Positions 1-12,929 of a stretch of DNA of 64,000 bases are shown one piece after another. The position numbers and the translations under genes are program-made. This stretch comes from Cetorhinus maximus. Taxonomy: Eukaryota. Location: positions 114,452,001 through 114,516,000 of the forward strand of contig NC_135880.1 in the NCBI RefSeq assembly GCF_964194155.1, written 5' to 3'. The number at the start of each line of letters is the position of its first letter. Positions within the stretch are counted from its first letter, which is position 1. The notes below the pieces were generated by a model. That model saw only the letters and a list, made by a program, of their open reading frames with translations. It was not told the origin of the DNA and searched no databases.

Positions 1-104
1 CACTCTAAGATGTGAATGGATTAGGAAGGAAATTCTGTAGAATCATAAAATAGTGGATCACAGTGGTGTGCAGTTTAGGATTGAGATAAAGGAATTCTGA
101 CCCT

Positions 105-380
105 TAAGAGTTGTAGATGCATGGGAACACCACCGCCCGCAAGTTTCCCTCCAAGCCACTCACCATCCTGATTTGGAACTATATCACTGTTCCTTCACCC
201 TCGCTAAGTCAAAATTCTGGAACTCCCTTCCTAACAGCACTGTGGCTGCGCCTACATCACATGGACTGCAGCGGTACAAAGAGGTAGCTCACCACCACTT
301 TCTCAAGGCCAATTAGGGATGGGCAATAAATGCTAATGTAGCCAGCGATGCCCATATCCCGTGAACAAATAAAAAAAAAC
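105..380 (+). mobile_element. 3' end fragment of the LINE family seen at 8030-11404
   Basis: Reverse complement of the 8030-8290 tail (catgggaacaccacc...aattagggatgggcaataaatgc) followed by an A-rich tail. Confidence 0.8.
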
Positions 381-950
381 TAAAACATTTAGCTGACATG
401 ATATGGCTAGAAGGATTGCTCCTTTGCATGGAAGCTTAGATTTCATGCTGGTTGGACTTCCAGGGTGCCTTTTATAAAATGGTGAGTAGGAGGGTGAGAT
501 CTCCTGAAGTGCCATTTTTTTTGGGCAAAAAACAGACACTGTTGACATGCAGAACCTGAGAGAACTGATCTTCAGTGTAGATTCAAAGTCCCTGAAAACA
601 CAACAGGAGTTAAGGTAGTGAGTAGATTGCCAAATCAACAGATGATTCAGAGCACCAAATACTGAATCTTTTCTACTTTGCATTGTCAAAGGAAAACTTT
701 AGTGTAGTGACTTGAAGTAGATATTATTGTGCTGATGACTGAGTTTGAGACATCTAGGTTGCTGATTGACAGTCAAGATGTCAGAGACAGATGATAATTC
801 AAGATCAGTTACAGTTTCTATTCTTTGGAGAAAAGTTCTAACTCCAGGAGGCTTCCACAAACTGCTGATGGCTAAAATCTTGAGATCCAGCAATAACACT
901 GTTCTGGGCAAGTCACTCAAAAATAATAAACCTCTTGCTTGTTTTGAAGG

Positions 951-1385
951 TGTCAGTTTTGGCTGAGTGGTAGCACTCTTGCCTCTGAGTTAAAGGTAAT
1001 GGGTTCAAACCCCAATCCAGAGATGAGCACATAATCTAGGCTGACATTTCAGTGCAATAACTAAGGGAGTGCTGCACTGTCAGAGCTGCTGCTTTTCAGA
1101 TCAGACGTTAAATTGAGGGACTGCCTGCTTGTGTAAAAGATCAGATGGTACAATTTTAAAGAAGAGGATATTTATCTTGGTCAATATTTATTCCTCAACT
1201 AACATCACTAAAAACAGATTATTTAGTCATTATCTCACTGGTAATGAGGGATCTTGCTGTGCACATTTGGCTGCCATATCTTCTTATAACAAAGAATGCT
1301 TCATAAGTACTTAATTGCTATAAAATTCTTTGGCACACCCTGAGGTCATGAAAGGTACTGGGTGAATACAAGGTCGTCATTCCTC
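951..1385 (+). mobile_element. tRNA-derived SINE with Deu-like central domain
   Basis: A box (tggctgagtgg) and B box (ggttcaaaccc), then gggagtgctgcactgtc...gacgttaaa core. Homologous to 14681-15135. Confidence 0.75.
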
Positions 1386-4300
1386 TTCTTGAACCATCAA
1401 ATAACTGGCAGTAATCTTTGACGACTTAAATTAGTGAACGATCCAGAAAGAATTGGAAACTTTGTTTGTTTCTGCCCATTCAAGGATTATTATTATATTG
1501 TTTATACAAAAAAATAACAAGTTTTACTGAAGAATATGCAATAATTGTATAAGATTAATATGAAGTTTGTTCTCCAGACATATCTTATGCTAACCAAGAT
1601 GCATTGCATAATCTCTCAAAAGAATTACTGATGTTAGGTCATTAATAAAGAGAAATTCCTGTCAGACACACTGACAGAACTTGTGGTACCGGAAAGTGTG
1701 ATCTAAGAATATTTTCTTGTGAAGCAGATATTAACATTGGCACTAACATGGCAGCAAAAGCAGTAATTATGGTCAGGTGCCCTTAGCGCCATAAGGATGG
1801 TAATTTGAAAGTCTTCCTAGGAGAAGGTGGTAACACGCCATATAAGTCTGGCCACAAGGACTCCTAAACTGTAAGATACTTTCCAAATACATTCATAATC
1901 AATGTAAGCCATATTTCATCCCCATTCTTTTGAAGGACACCAACATATTGCATGTTTTTATACTAATCTCAGTATAACAAGGGTTTGATAGAACATCATC
2001 CAGAACTATCAAACAAGGAGGATGAGTATGAGTTATTGAAGGATGCACTGACTTCTGAAGTCTATTCATCTGATATTGTAGAGCTCACATTAGGCGAGAC
2101 TATCCTATCTCTTTTTGTTTTTTTCCAAGTTGTTCTTTCATCTTGGATTTGATTAGAATTTAAAATCTTATACTGAAAGAAAACAATGATTAGAGATTGG
2201 GATTTTACAGTGAAATTCCCAACAGGGAATGAAGTAGAAGGTAGGCATAAAGACAAGTGCTCGGGTGACATGACAACTTAATGTTGCCAGCCTTGTTGTG
2301 AATGCATTTTCTTATAATACTATTCGTAAATATTTTCCCCATTACAAGTGACTTGTCATAGCAATTTGTAATGGCACCAGTGGTGTGAATGAACCTCCAT
2401 TATTCCCTCTGCTGAACTAGGGCAAGGAGGAAACACCACTCTATTCCTGTGAAAAAATATGAAAAAGAGAAAATTATGAAAACTGAAAGGCAAATGTTAT
2501 CCCATTATATTTTACCATTGAAAGGTTTGAGAAAGTCAAGAAATATAAAAGAACTTTCAAAGAACATGTCCTGACTAGTTGGAACGAAGTAGAAGAGTGC
2601 CCTTGCACTAGGGTGATTGTTAATATTGCATGCTGTTTTAAAAACTCAGTTTTGGGGAGGCAGAGATATGCCATTCAAAAGAATCTTTTTCGTCTGCTTT
2701 TTGTGCCCTGATGCTCTTAACCATTTCCTACAAAAAATCAAGGGGAAGTGACAGACTCCCATGCTTCTTTCAATACAGCTCCTGAGCAGGCAGCTAAGAT
2801 GCGTGTGGGATATTTTAGATGTCTCTGCCTCCAGATTCCTCCTCTTTCTCCCACCCTTCCTCCAGAAAGAATCTTGCATCCACTTAGACCTTGGTTGCTG
2901 GATCATTTTAGAAATTGAGACTGCATCCGAATTTATGAGACACAAGCATCCATTCTATCATCCCTTGCCAAAGTATATCTTAGCACCAATGTATCATGTC
3001 AATGTACATGATTTTCAGTCTTCCAGTCTATTGTGCACATGTGAAGTTAATTTATGAATCTGTATGTGCAAGATTAATTTGAATGAAAGTGTAGTGACAC
3101 AAATCCACAATCACAAAGCTGGGAAAATATACTCTCAACAGGATACTGTAATGAAATGTCAATTTAAAAGGCTTTGGAATAAATCTCAGTCAACAGCTTT
3201 GTGAAATTAGTTAATAGATGTGCAAATTTTAATGTTTACTTCAGTTAAGTGCCTCTGTGTGGTGCTTTTTCAAGGTACAGATATTTAATTCAGGGCTTGG
3301 CATGATAAGGGAAATACTTTAATTTTCACAGCTAATAAAAGGTAATTAAAGCTTTTCTGTTATGTTTTTCCTAAATTAAAAGGCACTGTAAAAGAAAGAA
3401 AAAGCAGAGAGAAGAGCAGGTGGTAGGATTGACATGGCACTGCAAGTTATGTGTCACAAAATTCTACAGTCTGTCACAGACCACATGCTTCTACTTCCAG
3501 TTACTTAAAGAAAATGTTCTATTGCACAGCTACATTTTCAAATGCTTTAAGAATTTTAATATGAGAAATTATCTTGTTCACTGTATACTTGACATATGCA
3601 AATAGCTTTTCATCATACAGTAACTTTTAGTGAAATTTATGGTGGTGTTCTTGGTGAGACAATATGGTTCTTAAAAAATGGTTTTAATTATAAATATGGC
3701 AGGCTTACCTAACACTTAACAGCTGAGAATAAAAAGGCAACAATGCAAGGCAGCTGAAAGAACAATGCACATGCAACCTGTTTAAAGATGTTAAACAGAA
3801 AAATCTTGGCAAATGTTTTAACACTTGTCTTCCAACACAATATTAAATGTTTTTTTTTAAAAAATGCTTGTGGTTTTTTTAAAGTTTTCTAACACTTCAC
3901 TATGACATAAATCACTTGGCATTTTGATGGTTTTTGGCACACGACTACAGTTTGTTATCCTCAAGAGGTTTCTTATAATGAACAAGGACATGTGAAGAGT
4001 TGTGGCTTATTTGACACATGGGCAAATATTTCTTTCTTAATCTTTGTTTTCGTTTTAAGCTGACATTCCCAGAAGTTTTGTCAATCTGCAGCTGCTGGTA
4101 TGCCATTGAGCAGATTTTTCCCTCTGCATGGTAAGTGTATACTATGGATAATGCTGCAAATAATAGATCAGAATTTAAGTTCCAAATAAAAAATCAATGA
4201 GCATGATCTCTAGGAGTTATAAATTAACAATATGAATTAGTGTAACATTTTATGTTGAACTATAATACAGTTTAGTTTAGTATCTTCAAATATGGTGTAC

Positions 4301-5232
4301 ATACACTCTCAGGGCAATAAAATAAGTTTTATCCTCTGCATTGTTGGATAATTTGTTCACTTAAAATGGAGTACAGAAAATTTATGTCCAGATAGATGGA
4401 ACAAGTTGCCTAAATCCACATACATGACTTGACTGTTTAAATGGTTTATAAGGGGACCCCTGGTGTTGCTTTTGAGGGAATGAAATATTTCCATCTGCTC
4501 AACAAAATATTTTCAATTCTACATCATATTGTTTAGCAAAGACAACTGTGAATCATCCTATAGTTTGGGCTTTTTTTTATGGTTAAGTTGTAACTACCAG
4601 GTCTACTTAAGAAAAACAGATGAAGAAAAAATGAATAAAACATTGATTATTTACATCGGTTTACCTTGGCAAGTACTTTGGTAGTGTAAATATGCAATTT
4701 AAAAGGCCGGGGAAGTAAAACTACACTGCTGCACCAGCACATATCTAATTGCTAATGGCAATAAAGATGAACAACGTGACATTTAAAAATGCAATGGATG
4801 CAGTCAATTGCTCCCCTTCATCTAATGTGTTATTGCCCAAACTATATTATCATCTTCCAAATGTACACTCTTTACAGATACACTTTTAATTTTTTTCAAG
4901 AATTTTAGGCAAAAATATTATCCTTGCCGAGTTAGTTTTTTTAAACCTAAGATCTTAATATTACAATCAGAAAATCTATCATAAAAGTCCAAAATAGCAA
5001 TCCTTTTCCATTGCTCTTCACCATAACATCTTCTTTCCTTCACTTCCAGAAACATGCTTAGTTGACAAACAAACAGAATCCAACTTTTTTTTCCCTATTT
5101 TTTTAAACACATTTCCACAGCAGTCCTGCATTTCAGAAGCTGCATTTGCTTCTCAAGGTCTGGTTACCAATAGAAATTCTTGGCAGGTCCTCTGATGCTG
5201 TGGTTAGTTTGCGAAAGGATGGCTTGCAGCAG

Positions 5233-5358
5233 CTATAGAATGGTGCAAGGTTTTTTATCCTTGAAGGGGTTTTCAGAGGCTGGCACTCCAACGAGCAATG
5301 GATCATTCCGTGCATGCTGTTCACAGTAGTTCATCAAATCTACGGCTGCCTTTGATAC
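5233..5358 (-). CDS. gng7: G protein gamma-7 subunit, coding exon 2 ([41 protein letters not shown])
   Basis: Acceptor ctctttaaccttgacAG, phase 0, in frame with exon 1. GGL-domain motifs DPLL and NPFK, CaaX box CTIL, then [24 protein letters not shown] matches GNG7 better than GNG12. Confidence 0.96.
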   Translation of the reverse strand, partial: VSKAAVDLMNYCEQHARNDPLLVGVPASENPFKDKKPCTIL

Positions 5359-5643
5359 CTGTCAAGGTTAAAGAGTCATCAATGACTTTGATTACTCATG
5401 ACAATGATGTAAGAAAGCACAGAAAAACATGAGCTGCTTGCAGTGTTTTGCATATTCTGCAGCTTTAGCCTCAGTCTTACAGCAGTAAAAAGCATAAACA
5501 CGGCATGTTACGAAACTACAAAATTATTACTTTCTTCAAAAAACATTTTCCCACTAAATTATATGTCTAATTCATTCTCCCATTAGTTCCTAGGATTGAA
5601 AAGTGAGATTAAAATCTTCCAACAGACCTGAATTATTGACACA

Positions 5644-6251
5644 GGGGAGCATCTTCCCCATGTTGGGTGGGCTGGTCGGGAGTGGATGGGCGCTGAGCTG
5701 ATTGCCAGCCGTGATCGGCTCCGCGCTGCCATTTTACGTGGGCGGGCCAATTAAGGCCCACCCAGCGTGACACATGGCCAGTAGCACTCAGCGCTACCTG
5801 TGAGGCGGGGGGAGGAGGGAGAGTCGGGGCCTGCGCTCTTTCACGCATGTGTACAAAAGAGCGCAGAAATCTCCCTGAGACACAGTGTTGCCTCAGGGAG
5901 ATTAAGTTCAAATTGATATCTTTGAATAAAGGAAGCTAAAAATTATTTAGACATGTCCCCTCAATGTGACAGTGCCACATGAAAAACACGAAGGCCGCTT
6001 GGGCTCTTCGACTGCCTGTCAACGTTCAGGTTGGACGGGCAGCCCTGTTAATTATCTGAATTAGTTTCCTAATGGCCTTAACAGGCCTTTGACAGTTTGG
6101 CAGGCGCGCAGCCGCCTCTGGCTCCGCCCGCCGAACAAAAGATCTGAATGACGCGTGGTGACGTCGGAATGCACGCCCGACGTCACCACGCGTCATTTTA
6201 CGTGTTGGCGTGCAGGGCCTGCCCCCCCACGCCGACATGAAAGTTCTGGCC
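5644..6251. mobile_element. Harbinger-type MITE, multi-hairpin family
   Basis: Shares ggcgggccaattaaggccc, the ctccctgag/ctcagggag hairpin and the ttctggcc terminus with other copies. Confidence 0.85.
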
Positions 6252-6744
6252 ATAAATTATTTGGTTATTTTCCTGAAAATGTTTATATTCCTTATGCTTC
6301 AACTGCAATACAGATCTGATAAGTAAGGTGAGATCAACCTGTACATTTTTATTTAACTTATTTGATTTTGAATAAGCCTCACAATGACTTTGTGGAGTGT
6401 CACAGAAATTTTTTTTGGAAAATATGTAGAAAAATAAGAATCTGTAATTTGTCTCTTTAGCCTGGAAATGATGCTGAGTAATGTTAATCAAATTCCTCTG
6501 TGTTACTCAAATAGAGGCACTGGTCCATTTAAAGGAAGTGGCTTAAATGCCTGTGTTAAAATAGTGGAGAAAGGAATTTGATATAAGCATGTGAAGCATT
6601 TGTATGATAACATCACTCACAATTAACTTCCGGACTTATCTAGTGTAATTAGACATAATAAAGGGCTTAGTCCAAATCTTACAGCTGCCCTCAAGGTAGT
6701 TGGACTTGCATTATAAATTTATTTTCCCAGGAAAAACTTCCCTC

Positions 6745-7005
6745 CAGTCTGAAAAACAACTCTTTACTATTACTCTCTGCTTTCTTCCCTTCAGCCACTT
6801 CTGTATCAATGCTGCCATGTCCCTTTAATCCCATTGGCTTTAATTTTGCATACAAGTTTATTAGGTGTTGCTTTGTCAAACACCTTTTGAAAGTCCATAT
6901 ACACATCAACCACAGTACCCTTATCAACTCTCTCATCAAGGAACTCAATCTAGTCAGTTAAACACAAATAGCCTTTAACAAATCCATGCTGGCTTTCATT
7001 TATTA
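6745..7005 (-). mobile_element. CR1 LINE RT fragment
   Basis: Minus strand reads cagcatggatttgttaaagg...gtgtatatggactttcaaaagg (QHGF..VYMDFQK-like), frameshifted. Confidence 0.7.
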
Positions 7006-7561
7006 CCAGAAAATATATCTGTGTTGTGAGATCTCTAAATTACTTGTATCATTGGCATCTGTCTTTTACTGTACACAAAAAAAGAAACAGCATTTATACA
7101 GCACTTTTCTTAGCGTCAAGGCATCCCAAAATGCATCATAATCATTGAAGCACTTATGAAGTATGGTCACCATTGTAATGTAGACAAACATGACATCCAA
7201 GTTGCGCAGGGCATGATCCCACAAACATTAATTTCACTCTCCTGAAACAGGAGCCTAGAACAACTGAAAAAGTAAAACCTTTTTGAAGCTTTCCCCCAAA
7301 AATAGTTAATGGGGTTAGGATTTGGTGTGAAGATTATAAAAAACCCTGAACATGCCGTCACTAGTTTTATTTATAAACTCTCAACTAGCAATTGTGGTTT
7401 AACTTGAAATAGTATTCAGGATTAAACTTCCGTACTCCACTTAATAGTTTACATACATTGTGGAATGTTGGGGGGAGGGGACCGTGAAGTGGGGAAGGCC
7501 ACACATGCAAATAGGAAGCAAAGTTAAACCATCAGTCAGCCACAGTATATTCTAGATGGAG

Positions 7562-7765
7562 TCTTCTTATTGTGTCCACGGACAGTCTATACATGGCCCA
7601 GCCAGAACTGGACACATTTCTGCGCCTTGTTGTTGAATTCGGCAAGATCTGAAACAGTGCAGGGTTCCTCTAGCGATAGGCTTTGCAAGAGATGTTGCAT
7701 AGTCTGTGGCTCAGTTCCACATTCACAAGTTGTCGGGCTTGTATATCCCCATTTGCTTAGTGACA
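7562..7765 (-). mobile_element. Ingi/Vingi-like LINE 3' end
   Basis: ORF 7587-7886(-) contains KWGYTSPTTCECGTEPQTMQHLL, a C-terminal Zn-knuckle motif typical of I-group/Vingi elements, then a short tail ggacacaataagaaga. Confidence 0.6.
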
Positions 7766-8029
7766 CCTTAGGTGGAGTAAGAGAGTGTACTGCAGTACAG
7801 TTGGAAATAATGTCGATACTGACAAGTTGCATTGCAGAGTACTGTAAGCACTTTCTTAATAGCATAAAAAATATCACAGTATGCAAGTAAAGACATACGC
7901 GTGTTCAAATAGTCCATCAATAAAGATATGTTGATCCACCAATGAATGGGTTGCTGAAGGCACTGGCTCTGCTACATAGTTGGAGACTTACCCTGGAGAA
8001 AATTAAGACTTCTTTTCCCATGTGCCTTT

Positions 8030-11000
8030 TTTAATCAATCAGCATATCATGGAAATGTATAGGCCAGCATTTATTGCCCATCCCTAATTGCCCTTGAGAA
8101 GGTGGTGGTGAACTACCTCCTTGAACTGCTGCGGTGTATGTGGTGTAGGCACACACAGAGTGCTGTTCAGAAGGGAGTTCCAGGATTTTGACCCAATGAA
8201 AGTGAGGAACGGCAATATAGTTGCACGTCAGGATGGTGTTTGGTTTGGAGGGGAAATTGCAGGTGGTGGTGTTTCTATGCACTTGCTGCCCTTGCCCTTC
8301 TCGGTGGTAGAGGTTGCAGGTTTGGAAGGTGCTGTCGAAGGAGCCTTGGTGAGTTGCTGCAGTGCATCTTGTAGATGGTACACACTGCTGCCACTTTGTG
8401 TCAGTGGTGGAGGGTGGATGTTGAAGGTGGTGGATGGGGTGCCAATCAAGCAGGTTGCTTTGTCCTGGATAGTGTTAAGCATCTTGAGTGTTGTTGGAGC
8501 TACACTCACCCAGACAAAGGGAGAGTATTCCCTGACACTCTTGGCTTCTGCCTTGTGGATGGTGGATAGGCTTTGGGGAGTCAGGAGGTGAATTCCTTGT
8601 CGGTGAATTCCCAGCCTTTGACCTTCTCTTGTAGCCACAGTATTTATATGGTTGGTCCGGTTCAGTTTCTGGTCAATGGTAACACACAGGGTGTTGATAG
8701 TGGGGGATTTAGCGATGGTAATGCTATTGAATGTCAAGGAAGGATCGTTAGCTTCTCTATTGTTGGAGATGTTCATTGCCTGGAACATGTGTGACACGAA
8801 TGTAACTTGTCACTTATCAGCCCAAGCCTGAATGTTGTCCAGGTTTTCTGCATATGGTCACTGAATGCTTCAGCATCTGAGGAGTTACGAATGGTGCTGA
8901 ACATTGTCCAATCATCAGTGAATATCCCCACTTTTGACCTTATGATGGAAGGAAGGTCATTGATGAAGCAGTTGAAGATGGTTGGGCTTGGACACTACCC
9001 TGAGGAACACCTGCAGTGAACTGGAACTGAGATGATTGACTTCCAAGAACCACAACTATCTTCCTTTGTGCTAGGTATGACTCCGACCAGCAGAGAGTTT
9101 TTCCCCAATTCCCACTGACCCCAGTTTTGCTAGAGCTCCTTGATGCCACACTTGGTCAAATGTTGCCTTGATGTCAAGGGCAGTCACTCTCACCTCACCT
9201 CTGAAGTTCAGCTCTTTTGTCCATGTTTGGACCAAGGCTGTAATGAGATCAGGAGTTGAGTGGCCCTGGCAGAACCCAAACTGAGTGTCAGTGAAGAGGT
9301 TATTTCTGAATAAGTACCGTTTGGTAGCACTGTTGATGTCTCCTTCCATCACTTTGCCCATGATTGAGAGTAGGCTGATGAGGCAGCAATTGCCCAGGTT
9401 GGATTTGTCCTGCTTTTTGTGGACTAGACATACCTGGGCAGTGTTCCAATTGTTGGGTAGATGCCAGTGCTGTAGCTGTACTGGAACAGCTTGGCTAGGG
9501 GTACGGCAAGTTCTGGAACACAAGCCTTCAGTACTATTGCTGGAATGTTGTCAGGGCCCATAGCCTTTGCACTATCCAGTGACTTCAGCATTTTCTTGAT
9601 ATCACGATATCTTCAAATGGAGTGAATTGAATTGGTTGATGACTGGCATCTGGGGATGGATCATCCATTCGATACTTCTGGCTGAAGATTGTAGCAAATG
9701 CTTCAGCCTTATCTTTTGCACTGATGTGCTGGGCTCCCCCATCATTGAGGATGGGGATATTTTTGGAGCCTCCTCCTCCAGTGAGTTGTCTAATTGTCCA
9801 CCACCATTCACGATGGGATGTGGCAGAACTGCAGAGCTTAGATCTGATCTGTTGGTTGTGGATCGCTTAGCTCTGTCTGTTGCATGCTGCTTAGGTTGTT
9901 TGGCACGCAAGTAGTCCTGTGTTGTAGCTACACCAGATTGATGCACCTCATTTTTAGGTATGTCTGCTGCTGCTCCTGCCATGCCCTCCTGCACACTTTG
10001 TTGAACCAGGGCTGATCCCCTGGCTTGATGGTAATGGTAGAGTGGGGGATATGCTGGGCCATGAGGTTACAGATTGTAGTTGAATATAATTTTGCTGCTG
10101 CTGGCCCAAAGTGCCTCATGGATGTCCAGTTTTGAGTTGCTAGGTCCATTCGAAATCTATCCCACTTAGAACTGTGGTAATGCTACACAACACAATGGAG
10201 GGTATCCTCAGTGTGAAGTCGGGACTTTGTCTCCACAAAGGCTGTGTGGTGGTCACTCCTACCAATGCTGTCATGGACAGATGCATCTGTGACAGCTAGA
10301 TTGATAAGGACAAGGCCAAGTAGGTTTTTCCCTCTTGTTGGCTCCCTTACCACCTGTCAGACACATTCTAGCAGTTATGTCAAAAACAAAAACAAAAATA
10401 CCTGGAAAAACTCAGCAGGTCTGACAGCATCTGCGGAGAGGAATACAGTTAACGTTTCGAGTCCGTATGACTCTTCAACAGAATTAAGGAAAAATAGAAA
10501 CGAGGTGAAATATAAGCTGGTTTAAGGGGGGGTGGGACAGGTAGAGCTGGATAGAGGGCCAGTGATAGGTGGAGATTGCCAAAAGATGTCATAGACAAAA
10601 GGACAAAAAGGTGTTGACGGTAGTGATATTAGCTAAGAAATGTGCTAATGGCGACATTAAGGGCAGAAAGCAGGATGAGCAAGGTACAGATAGCCCTGGT
10701 GGGGTGGGGGGAAGGGGGAGTTATGTCCTTTGGGATGACCAGCTTGGTCAATAGTGGTACTACCGAGCCACTCCCTGTGATGGACATTGAAGCCCCCACC
10801 CAGAGTTCTGTGCCCTTGCCACCCTCAGTACTTCTTCTGGGGACAGTATGTGGTAACCAGCAGGAGGTTTCCTTGCCCATAATTGATCTGATGCTATGGG
10901 ACTCCCAGGGCTACTCCCTCCCAACTATATACCACTATGCCACCACCGCTGTCCTATCGGTGGGACAGGACAATACCAGGGATGGTGATAGTGGCGTCTG

Positions 11001-11404
11001 GGACATTGTCTGTCAGGTATGATTATGAGAGTATGTGCGGCAGCTCTCTCAATTTTGGCACAAGTTCTCAGATGTCAGTAAGGAGGTTGCCGTTGTCATT
11101 TCCGGTGCCTAGGTCAATGCTGGATGGTCTGTCTGGTTTAATTCCCTTTTTTCAGGCTTTGTAGCAGTTTGATACAACCGAGTGGCTTGCTAGGCCATTT
11201 CAGAGTCAACCACCTTGCTGTGGGTATACAGTCACATGTAGGCCTGGTTAAGATGGCAGATTTCCTTCAGGCAGTCAACTATAACTGAGACTAGCTTTTA
11301 ATTCCATGGTGATGCCATGGTGGGATTTGCACCTATGTCCCTAGAGTATTAGCTTGGGCCACTGGGTTACTAGTCCAGTTACATTACCACTACACCACTG
11401 TCTC
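8030..11404 (-). mobile_element. Near-full-length decayed LINE (CR1/Jockey-group APE-RT) with tRNA-like 5' head; interrupted by a Penelope fragment
   Basis: RT motifs QFGFCQGHST, ALDIKATFDQVWHQG, GVPQGS, YSPFVW in minus-strand ORFs. APE N-terminus near 10900-11090. A/B-box-like head at 11320-11404. Confidence 0.85.
10382..10718 (-). mobile_element. Penelope-like element 3' terminal fragment
   Basis: Homologous to 17480-17745. Flanked by the 9-bp direct repeat agttatgtc (10373-10381, 10719-10727) inside the LINE. Confidence 0.85.
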
Positions 11405-12110
11405 ACTTCTGATTGTAAGCATGTTTACAGGGATCGTTCCAAATGACCCTAACATAAATCATAGAGTCAGGTCCTAGCCTGGGATATTGGGTCTGAGATG
11501 TACAAGAAAGAGACAGGATTACTGACTGGCTGCAGCCCTCATTGGTAGCCAGTGGAATCTCCTGTTATGGGATCATTTTAGGCTTCACATGAGCAATCTA
11601 CAGTCATTGCTGATTCTGCAGATAACAGCCTGAGACCTCCATGTTTGCGTGTGGATCAGCATATCTGAGCTAGTTTCCAATTTATAGTTTGCTCCATTGG
11701 AACAGGAATTCAACCTTTTGAGTTTATTCCACAATTCAAAAAGATCCTGGCTGATCTTTAACTTAACTCCACTTATTCATCTTTGTTCCATAATGAGAAG
11801 TGAGTTTACAATTTAAAGTCTACAACTAAAGAGAAAATGATTGGCATCTCCATTATCTACTGAAGAGAGAAGAGTAGAGAAATGTATGCTCCAATGTTTT
11901 AAACCATTTGTTGTTCATTTATTTGCCTTATTTATATATACAAAAACACCTTATTAGCTGAGAGGCTGGGTTTCAGTACAAGTTCATATTCAATTTACTT
12001 TTCAAAGAGGATCACCTTGCAGCTCATGATGCATTTCAATAGTTGGCTCTCTGTTACAATCATTGAATGTTAATTATTATTTACCCATATATTGGGCTGA
12101 AAAAGTCATG

Positions 12111-12763
12111 GGCCAGACTTTTTCACTCGTCAGGCGGACTCAGCGGGGGTGGGCAGGGAGTTAGCTGCCGCCCATGATCAGCTCCGCACCACGATTTCAC
12201 GCGGGGGCCATTAAGGCCTGCCCAGCGTGCATTGCGAGTGGCAGTGCTTCCTCTGCGGGCAGGGGGAGGAGCGAGAGTCGGTCCTAGCACGCAGTTCGTG
12301 CATGCATGAGAGAGCGCTTCAATCTCCCTGAGGCACGGAGCTGCCTCAGGGAGATTGAAGTGCTTTTTACAAAAATTAATAAAGATAGTAAAAATTTAAT
12401 AAAACATGTCCCCTCATGTGACTCTGTCACATGAGCTGAGACATGTTTTTAATTCAAAAGTAAAGTTTTTATTTTGTTTGTATTTGTTTTATGAAACGTC
12501 ATCCCACTCGTGGATGAGGTTTCCGAAAAAATGTAAAGGCCGCTTGGCCTTTTCACCTGCCTGCCAAATGTTAGGTTGGACGGGCAGCATTGATTTCAAG
12601 TTAACTGGATCATTAATGGCCTTAATAGGCCTTTTAATTATCGGCGTGTGCCAAATGAAACATCGAGAGACTGTGCGATGATGTTGGGATGCACGCTCAA
12701 CGTCATCGTGCGTCATTTTACACTCAGGGGTGTCGGGCGCGTGCCAAGTGTAATATTCTGGCC
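12111..12763. mobile_element. Harbinger-type MITE, multi-hairpin family
   Basis: TIR ggccaga..tctggcc, 3-bp TSD atg, internal hairpins. Confidence 0.9.
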
Positions 12764-12929
12764 ATGGTCTGGATTGTAGGGAACATGAGGTGTTTATGGG
12801 ACTGCCTGATGATAAAACTGAGAAATTATCTTCAGTAAAAACTCAAAAACATGGTGCAAGCTAAAAAGTTGCAATCAAATAAAATAAAAATAATATACCT
12901 CCCAGTATAAATAGCATTTATGCCAATGG

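Noticed and set aside
951-1020. tRNA-like A/B boxes (also at 14681 and 11404)
   Set aside because: These are retroelement heads with no full cloverleaf, so not tRNA genes.
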